IMG/VR virus record: IMGVR_UViG_3300023184_000035
Location: 1 to 64,000 of that record
DNA: 64,000 nt
Reading direction: 5' to 3' (one strand)
DNA from: a virus
The notes below the pieces were generated by a model that worked only from the letters and a program-made list of their open reading frames with translations, made no database searches and was not told where the DNA came from. How positions within the stretch are numbered: position 1 is the stretch's first letter; the number at the start of each line of letters is the position of its first letter. Shown one piece after another: positions 58,146 to 64,000 of this stretch. The position numbers and the translations under genes are program-made.

Positions 58146-58641
58146 GTATCACATCCCAGTGTTCTGGGATGATGAGTACTGCAGGCTGGACTATGTTAAC
58201 GAATCGTTTAACGACCCAGCCAGCGTGGAACTATGGACCAGCCAAGGCTACACCAATCAGTTCACTGGTGACATGTGCGATATGCGCAGTCAGCAACCAA
58301 GGTGGAACAAAACATTCCTAGACATCTATACTGAAATGGGCTGGAAAGACATCGGCACCAGTTACTACAGAATGAACACTGGCACAGTGTTGCCCATGCA
58401 TCAAGACTTGTACGTGAAATACATCCGGTTATTCAACTTGGCAGGTCAAGAACATCGCATACGCAGAGCCATTGTGTTTTTGGATGATTGGAAAAGTGGA
58501 CACTATTTTGAAGGTGCCCAAGCACCGGTCACACAATGGAGAGCTGGTGATGTGATTGAATGGATGTATGATGCACCTCATATGGCTGCCAACATTGGAC
58601 TAGAGCCCAGATACACACTACAAATAACAGGATGGGTATGA
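58114..58641 (+). CDS. 2OG-Fe(II)/cupin oxygenase-like protein
   Basis: HQD...H metal triad; RYTLQITG. Confidence 0.7.
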   Translation: MSTTVTPEFIKYHIPVFWDDEYCRLDYVNESFNDPASVELWTSQGYTNQFTGDMCDMRSQQPRWNKTFLDIYTEMGWKDIGTSYYRMNTGTVLPMHQDLYVKYIRLFNLAGQEHRIRRAIVFLDDWKSGHYFEGAQAPVTQWRAGDVIEWMYDAPHMAANIGLEPRYTLQITGWV

Positions 58642-59555
58642 TTTCAACATACAACGAATGGGACCCACTGAAACGCATTGTGGTAGGTCGTGCTGACACT
58701 GCCAACTGGCCTGTGAATGATCCTGTGTTTAAAAACGAGGGCGAGAAGACCACCTGGAAGGAAACTCCTGTACCGCGTGGGCCTGTGGCACAATGGATTA
58801 TAGATGAAGCCAATGAAGACCTTGACATCTTGACCAAGACATTGCAGGACTTGGGGGTTGTTGTAGAACGTCCAGATCCTTGTTTGAACTTTCAAACACA
58901 TGACGGTCTCAGTGCCTACTGCCCTAGAGACCGGTTGTTGGTATATGGCAGTACCATTGTGAATCCTGTGATGATGTACCCCTGCAGAGACATGGAAGCA
59001 CAGTGCTACTACGACATCATTGACAAAGCTGAACACTACCTGCACATGCCCAGAAACGAAGGCATGGTGCTGGAAGCAGCCAATGTGTGCAGACTCAATG
59101 ATTCATGGTTGGTATTGGAATCTGCAGGATGCAACACACCTGCCTTAAACTGGTTGCGGGATCACTTCCCTGACGTCAAGATAGAAAGTTGCAACTTCTA
59201 TGCTGGTGTGCATATTGATAGCACCATTGTGCCCATACGTGAAGGTTTGGTGCTGTTGAATGGTGCCAGAGTAAATGACAGCAACTGCCCAGAAGTGTTC
59301 CGTACATGGGACAAGATCTACGTGGATGATGTTGTGGCACAAGGATTTCATGAGTATCCTTATGCATCAAAATGGGTGGGTATGAACATGCTGGCCGTTA
59401 ATCCAAATACTGTGATTATGGATCGGAACCAACCCAACCTAATTGCCCAACTAGAACAACGCAACTTCACAGTGATTCCGTTGGAATTGCGCCACAGTCG
59501 CACACTGGGCGGTGGATTCCATTGTGTCACACTGGATCTTGTGCGTTCAAATTGA
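58638..59555 (+). CDS. amidinotransferase (AGAT/StrB1 family)
   Basis: YNEWDPL..IVVG, PRD, HIDST, GGGFHCVTLD. Confidence 0.9.
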   Translation: MISTYNEWDPLKRIVVGRADTANWPVNDPVFKNEGEKTTWKETPVPRGPVAQWIIDEANEDLDILTKTLQDLGVVVERPDPCLNFQTHDGLSAYCPRDRLLVYGSTIVNPVMMYPCRDMEAQCYYDIIDKAEHYLHMPRNEGMVLEAANVCRLNDSWLVLESAGCNTPALNWLRDHFPDVKIESCNFYAGVHIDSTIVPIREGLVLLNGARVNDSNCPEVFRTWDKIYVDDVVAQGFHEYPYASKWVGMNMLAVNPNTVIMDRNQPNLIAQLEQRNFTVIPLELRHSRTLGGGFHCVTLDLVRSN

Positions 59556-59557
59556 GA

Positions 59558-59586
59558 TTGACCAATAAAGACAATTCATGTATACT
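59558..59586 (+). promoter_or_regulatory. early promoter, leaderless
   Basis: TTGACC-17 nt-TATACT; ATG at 59593 is 6 nt downstream. Confidence 0.75.
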
Positions 59587-59592
59587 ACACAC

Positions 59593-60621
59593 ATGAACAC
59601 ACCTAAAATTGGCTTTTGTTGCAAGTGGCTCAATGATCCGTCCGAATGTGGCGGCATGAAGGTCAATGCAGTGGACCGTGACTTAAACGGCAGATCAACT
59701 ACCATGAGGTGGCTCCGCGAACACGCGGGCGAAGCCGAGCAACGTCAGTGGGACATTATGAACCACAATGCTGCCGCGGCTGTGCGACTGATTGAGCGGG
59801 TAGGCACACTGCCGCCTGAACGGCGCATGGTACGTTTAGGTTCAGAAATGCTACAAGGCTACACTGAGCCATCGTGGATTGACTGGTGGCAACGTGCAGA
59901 AATACAAGAACACTGTGCCAAGATCTTTGCTCCTGTGGGCGAAGCCGCAAGACGACTGGGTGTGCGTATTTCGTTCCATCCCGGACAGTTTTGTGTGCTG
60001 GCGTCAGAGTCGGACGAGATTGTTCGACGCAGTATCTTAGAGTTTGAATATCATGTGGATATGGCACGTTGGATGGGCTACGGCGCTGGCTGGCATGATC
60101 ATGGTTTTAAAATTAATGTGCATTTGTCGGGCAAAGGCGGGCCTGCCAAGTTCCTACGCACCTTGGGTCAGCTGACCCCAGAAGCAAGGAATTTAATCGC
60201 TATTGAGAATGATGAGATGTCAAATGGTTTGGACGTTACTCTTGCTGTGGCTGATAGTGTGGCTCTTACTTTGGATATTCATCACCATTGGATCAACACC
60301 GGAGAATATATTCAGCCCCGGGATCCACGTGCTCAACGGGTTGTTGAGTCTTGGCGTGGTGTGCGCCCTGTTTGTCACTACAGTGTTAGCCGTGAAGATG
60401 TTGTTGTGGGACACAATACCTTTGTTAGACCAGACTTATCAGCCCTCCTCAGTGCAGGCTACAAAAAGCAAAAACTGCGAGCACACTCAGACTTCATGTG
60501 GAATACCGCTGTGAATGACTGGGCATTGACTTTCTTGGATCAGTGGGACATACAGGTTGAAGCCAAAGGCAAGAACTTGGCCAGTGAAATGCTGTACAAT
60601 CAATGGAAAGCCAATGCCTGA
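59593..60621 (+). CDS. UV damage endonuclease (UvsE/UvdE family)
   Basis: SFHPGQF, INVH, IENDE, DIHHH, HYS, AHSD, EAKGK. Confidence 0.92.
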   Translation: MNTPKIGFCCKWLNDPSECGGMKVNAVDRDLNGRSTTMRWLREHAGEAEQRQWDIMNHNAAAAVRLIERVGTLPPERRMVRLGSEMLQGYTEPSWIDWWQRAEIQEHCAKIFAPVGEAARRLGVRISFHPGQFCVLASESDEIVRRSILEFEYHVDMARWMGYGAGWHDHGFKINVHLSGKGGPAKFLRTLGQLTPEARNLIAIENDEMSNGLDVTLAVADSVALTLDIHHHWINTGEYIQPRDPRAQRVVESWRGVRPVCHYSVSREDVVVGHNTFVRPDLSALLSAGYKKQKLRAHSDFMWNTAVNDWALTFLDQWDIQVEAKGKNLASEMLYNQWKANA

Positions 60622-60904
60622 TATTTTAGCTGGAATTTTTGAATGGATACGAAATGACTATCGTACTAATCGCACTAGGTTTGCTGTTGAGCTCTTGGCT
60701 TGGGCTATCAGTATTGGGTGCTCGGTTACCATGGCACTCACCGTACCAACCCCTCCTCTTCTTTACATGTATCCTGTGTGGATTAGTGGTTGTGCCATGT
60801 ATGCTTGGGCTGCCTATACTCGAAAGAGTTTTGGCATGCTGGCCAATTACATATTGTTGACTACAATAGATTCAATTGGCCTGGCACGGATGTTGTTAAA
60901 CTGA
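60614..60904 (+). CDS. small multi-TM membrane protein
   Basis: Three hydrophobic segments. Confidence 0.7.
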   Translation: MPDILAGIFEWIRNDYRTNRTRFAVELLAWAISIGCSVTMALTVPTPPLLYMYPVWISGCAMYAWAAYTRKSFGMLANYILLTTIDSIGLARMLLN

Positions 60905-61258
60905 TTTCTTTTTAGCAGGTGCTTTTTTGGCGGCAGCTGGCTTGGCTGCCGTTTTCTTGGCTGCTGGCTTTTTGGCCGGGGTCTTTTTAGCAGGTGCTTG
61001 TTCCACAACTGGTGCAGGTGCTTCTACTCGATTCTCACTGCCTGTGGGCTCTGCAGGTGCCACCGGTGCTAAATCAGACACTTTGACATGAATTTTGCCT
61101 TCAGGCAATTTCTCGCCGTAAGGCCAAGGTTTGTCAGTCAAATGCATTTCTTTGGGCGGCTCCCAAGTCTCAATAGAATCCTTTGATTTGTTGGCCTTGT
61201 CTCTGGCCCAAACCACTGCAATCAACGCAATCACTGCCAATACGATAATAATTTCCAT
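60896..61258 (-). CDS. membrane-anchored protein with histone-H1-like K/A/P tail
   Basis: N-terminal TM; AKKTPAKKPAAKK tail; AGGAG SD. Confidence 0.75.
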   Translation of the reverse strand: MEIIIVLAVIALIAVVWARDKANKSKDSIETWEPPKEMHLTDKPWPYGEKLPEGKIHVKVSDLAPVAPAEPTGSENRVEAPAPVVEQAPAKKTPAKKPAAKKTAAKPAAAKKAPAKKKSV

Positions 61259-61332
61259 GTGTAAATCTCCTATGAAATATTTAGTGACAGAATTAGTGAG
61301 CCAACACTAAAATGACTCAAAGAACCAAAAAG

Positions 61333-61430
61333 ATGTTGCACTGCAACATAAATAATGTTACAATAGAAGCACAAGACGCTGAATGGTTCGGGTCTTGTGT
61401 TCTAGAACTTGCTTAATTTAAGGAGAAAAC
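61333..61430 (+). promoter_or_regulatory. palindromic operator over the -35, sigma70 promoter, and ROSE-like leader
   Basis: ATGTTGCA-C-TGCAACAT; TTGCAC-17 nt-TACAAT; CTTGCTT pairing with AAGGAG. Confidence 0.7.
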
Positions 61431-61688
61431 ATGTTCAATTCCGTAATCGAATCTGTGCAAAATGCACAAAAAACTTTTGTCAATACCTTTGTCACCAACG
61501 AGGAAATTGCCAAGCCCATGATCCGAATGATCGACAGCCAGTATGACACTGCCAAGTTGACTGCTAAAGCAGTGTTGGATATCAGTACAACCCTGGCCTC
61601 AGCAACAACTGAAAAAGTGCAGGAAGCAATGAAGTTTGACGTGACCAAATTTGCTGACACCTTCAAACCAGCCGCTGTTAAAAAGTAA
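61431..61688 (+). CDS. amphipathic helical protein, phasin-like
   Basis: All-helical A/T/K/Q-rich amphipathic pattern; strong SD; own terminator. Confidence 0.55.
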   Translation: MFNSVIESVQNAQKTFVNTFVTNEEIAKPMIRMIDSQYDTAKLTAKAVLDISTTLASATTEKVQEAMKFDVTKFADTFKPAAVKK

Positions 61689-61710
61689 TACTCAAGTAGT
61701 ACTTTTGAAG

Positions 61711-61736
61711 ACCCTGCTGAGTGCAGGGTTTTTCTT
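61711..61736 (+). terminator. rho-independent terminator
   Basis: ACCCTGC-TGAGT-GCAGGGT followed by TTTTCTT. Confidence 0.8.
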
Positions 61737-61763
61737 GACCAGAATTTACCGATCTGCTATAAT
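61735..61763 (+). promoter_or_regulatory. early promoter (TTGACC family)
   Basis: TTGACC-17 nt-TATAAT with extended TG. Confidence 0.85.
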
Positions 61764-61769
61764 ACGGTT

Positions 61770-61946
61770 ATGAAAACAAAAAAGGAAGAAATCATGCAAT
61801 TTTTCTTAGTGTCAAGTGTAGATGGTAGTGTGGTTCTTCAAGCAAGAGATCAAGAACATGCATTTGAATTAGCAGACGAATATGACTTTGATTGGGACAC
61901 TATAGAACCAATTGAAGTGTATTTCACAGAAGAAACTGGAGAATAA
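61770..61946 (+). CDS. small acidic early protein (not in ORF track; alternative start 61794)
   Basis: MQFFLVSSVDG...DEYDFDWDTIEPIEVYFTEETGE. Confidence 0.65.
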   Translation: MKTKKEEIMQFFLVSSVDGSVVLQARDQEHAFELADEYDFDWDTIEPIEVYFTEETGE

Positions 61947-61947
61947 A

Positions 61948-62175
61948 ATGGAAAAAGTTAAAATTGCAGTAAATGATCTGGTGTACTACCGAAGTACCGC
62001 CGGCAATCAATGCATGGGACGAGTACGCAAGGTAAATCGAGTGAACTCCAAAGTTCAAGTATTGGCGGTCAATGGCTGGATAACTTTGCACTCAGACACA
62101 AAAGTGGTAAACAAGGGATTCTTGCGCCGTGCTACCTCCGGCATGGTTGAACTTGCCAATGAGTATGATTTATAA
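61948..62175 (+). CDS. early hypothetical protein
   Basis: GGAG SD; 75 aa. Confidence 0.65.
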   Translation: MEKVKIAVNDLVYYRSTAGNQCMGRVRKVNRVNSKVQVLAVNGWITLHSDTKVVNKGFLRRATSGMVELANEYDL

Positions 62176-62183
62176 TCAAAGGC

Positions 62184-62212
62184 TTGACCAATAATTACCA
62201 ATCTGCTATAAT
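62184..62212 (+). promoter_or_regulatory. early promoter (TTGACC family), leaderless
   Basis: TTGACC-17 nt-TATAAT; ATG at 62219. Confidence 0.85.
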
Positions 62213-62218
62213 TACAAC

Positions 62219-62368
62219 ATGAAAACACTAAGCTTCACTATACAACTGCCCCGACAGCGCCGACGTGCGGTGGAGTTGTATAGCCGTGACACTCCGTTCA
62301 AGCCCAAGGTTGAACAGAACAAGACAGTGTACAACCGCAAAGTCAAGCATCGGAGCCGTGATGAATAA
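62219..62368 (+). CDS. 49-aa basic protein resembling ArfA (not in ORF track)
   Basis: LYSRDTPFKPKVEQNKTVYNRKVKH versus E. coli ArfA [26 protein letters not shown]. Confidence 0.55.
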   Translation: MKTLSFTIQLPRQRRRAVELYSRDTPFKPKVEQNKTVYNRKVKHRSRDE

Positions 62369-62609
62369 ACTGTTGATTGCTTTACTGGCTGTGGCAGCGA
62401 CCGGATGTGTCAGTGTGGTGCAACGTGCCCCACTGGACGCATCTCAGATTCCAAATGACTGTGCAAATAGAAATGCCATAATTGGCTGGCTGGAACAAAA
62501 TGCCCGAGTCCCCCAACAAACCACTGAGTCAAAGGAAGACTATGAAAGAAGTCGCGGACAAATTCGCTCGCGTATCTGGAGCATGCGTTATACTTGCCAG
62601 CCTGTGTAG
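62361..62609 (+). CDS. lipoprotein
   Basis: MNKLLIALLAVAATGC lipobox. Confidence 0.75.
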   Translation: MNKLLIALLAVAATGCVSVVQRAPLDASQIPNDCANRNAIIGWLEQNARVPQQTTESKEDYERSRGQIRSRIWSMRYTCQPV

Positions 62610-62832
62610 TGGTTGCGCTTCAGGAACCCCCAGTGCTCGGCCCATGGCGTATGAAGATCTCAACTACTTTCAAGTTGACTGTAGAATTGCAGTGCAACAA
62701 CGAGCCATGTTGATGAATATGAGACAGACCCGTGACGAAGTGGCTCTGGATCGACTGACTTTTTGGGACCGTCAAGGCAACATCAACCGACAAATTGATC
62801 GCAACTTATTTTTACTGAGGTACTGTTCATGA
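62542..62832 (+). CDS. putative lipoprotein (start uncertain)
   Basis: VILASLCSGC lipobox; DC...C pattern like the upstream gene. Confidence 0.6.
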   Translation: MKEVADKFARVSGACVILASLCSGCASGTPSARPMAYEDLNYFQVDCRIAVQQRAMLMNMRQTRDEVALDRLTFWDRQGNINRQIDRNLFLLRYCS

Positions 62833-63389
62833 AACGACTACTAGTTCTTGCACTGATTCCTGCCACTGTGTGGGCATCCGAATGTGTGTTACAAGATCGC
62901 ACGGTGAGTCGCTCAGCGGTGACCATTGCAGAACGTAGCCGAATCACTCGCGAGGTTGTTCCCAGCATCAACAACGGTAAGAAGTGCATGGTCACGTTCC
63001 GTGTACGCATTGGCACAGATTGGCACAGTGCTCATGGTGAATATGAATGGGCTGGAGACCGTCCACGTGAAGAAGCCTGTGCTGTGGCCGTGAGCCGTGC
63101 AGAGGATGAAGTACGTGCCAGAGTAGGCCGCTCACAGACTGTGAGTGAAAAGACCATGATATGTAGTGACCGTCCAGACTTGGATGCATTGCGTAGCACC
63201 AATCCCGGAACTGTGGCAGAACTGCACCAATTCCGACCACATCCAGACTTTCCAAATGAATTTTGGCATAATGGCGCACCCTGCAGATACTTTTTGGACA
63301 GTGCATACGTCCAAAAGGATGTGCGCACCTTTCAAGGAGTGATCTGTCGAGTGCATGACTCACGCTGGGTTGTGGTGGATAAATGGTAG
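62829..63389 (+). CDS. exported Cys-rich protein
   Basis: Signal peptide MKRLLVLALIPATVWA; six Cys. Confidence 0.75.
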   Translation: MKRLLVLALIPATVWASECVLQDRTVSRSAVTIAERSRITREVVPSINNGKKCMVTFRVRIGTDWHSAHGEYEWAGDRPREEACAVAVSRAEDEVRARVGRSQTVSEKTMICSDRPDLDALRSTNPGTVAELHQFRPHPDFPNEFWHNGAPCRYFLDSAYVQKDVRTFQGVICRVHDSRWVVVDKW

Positions 63390-63418
63390 TTGACCAATTA
63401 TTCACTCTGTGTTAAACT
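63390..63418 (+). promoter_or_regulatory. early promoter (TTGACC family)
   Basis: TTGACC-17 nt-TAAACT. Confidence 0.65.
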
Positions 63419-63449
63419 TGTGTTATCGTAAACTGTTCAAAGGAACATC

Positions 63450-64000
63450 ATGAAAAAAGTATTTGCAATTCTTCCGTTAGTAGCTCTTGTGGCGTGTAGT
63501 GCAACCAAGCCTGCTCCAGTAAGCACGGCTCCTGTATTGCCCACAGAGCAATACGAAAATCGTGTGGCACAAGCACAGGTTGCTCGTGAGGCTCATGTTG
63601 AGCGAGCCATTGTTCAGGCTCCCAAATGGATGACTGACTTGCCTGTGAGTAACAGTGCAGTATATGCCAATGGCTCAGCAGTGAGCTCGGACATGAGCAT
63701 GGCTGACTACAAGGCCAAACTGTTTGCGTTTGGCAAGATCTGTATGGCGGCTGGGGGTAAAGTCAACCAGCAAGCCAAGGTGTACATGCAGGACACCACA
63801 GAAGCCAGCACTGAGATTTCTGAGTTGGCCATCAAGTCAATGTGCCCTGCTGTGGACATCACTGGCGTAGAGATCAAGGAAGTCAAACGCATTTCAGAAG
63901 GCGGCCGATTCCGTACTTACATGCTGGTTGCACTGCCCACAGGCGATGCCAATGCACTGCAAAAGCGCAAAGATCAGCTCCGACTGAAAGATCGTGCAGA
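63450..64000 (+). CDS. lipoprotein (LPP20-like), runs off the right edge
   Basis: AAGGA SD; MKKVFAILPLVALVAC lipobox; PKWM..P..YANGSA.S. Confidence 0.75.
   Translation, partial: MKKVFAILPLVALVACSATKPAPVSTAPVLPTEQYENRVAQAQVAREAHVERAIVQAPKWMTDLPVSNSAVYANGSAVSSDMSMADYKAKLFAFGKICMAAGGKVNQQAKVYMQDTTEASTEISELAIKSMCPAVDITGVEIKEVKRISEGGRFRTYMLVALPTGDANALQKRKDQLRLKDRA

Noticed and set aside
1-64000. Bacterial chromosome or prophage, suggested by clpX, iscU, pstS, rpsU and the porin
   Set aside because: These genes are isolated from their cellular operons and embedded among T4-like replication and virion genes with TAAATA promoters; no integrase or att site is visible
1-64000. Alternative genetic code (stop-codon reassignment)
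   Set aside because: Conserved genes are full length in the standard code, and TAA, TGA and TAG all end genes

Overview
This window is a 64-kb internal segment of a large, lytic, T4-like (myovirus) phage genome in the standard genetic code. It is not a bacterial chromosome. Core phage genes are UvsW-like helicase, clamp-loader small subunit, primase, DnaB/gp41 helicase, exonuclease, class Ia RNR with glutaredoxin, ATP-dependent DNA ligase, UV endonuclease, PAAR spike and tail fibres. They are driven by TAAATA late-type promoters and many near-consensus sigma70 promoters. The porin, PstS and IscU/IscA suggest a proteobacterial (probably betaproteobacterial) host; this is inference. The accessory content is unusually rich. 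The best candidate for an undescribed system is a phage-borne phosphate-starvation regulon. Two Pho-box-like direct repeats with identical promoter geometry precede (i) pstS plus a porin and (ii) a PlcP-like phospholipase C plus an Agt-like GT4 glycosyltransferase. This points to phosphate import plus phospholipid-to-glycolipid remodelling, possibly supplied by the phage UDP-glucose dehydrogenase. Other highlights: a phasin-like gene with a PhaR-like operator and a ROSE-like thermometer; a ROSE element on hsp20; a pol-beta-NTase/RNA-ligase-like fusion; a 189-aa minimal DnaE core; a structured ~190-nt RNA behind a perfect promoter; a ClpX/ClpS/Hsp20/bS21 module plus an unannotated ArfA-like ORF; four dispersed GT10-like paralogues and other tailoring enzymes slotted between core genes; and systematic leaderless transcripts. 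All protein calls rest on motif recognition by eye. No database searches were run.
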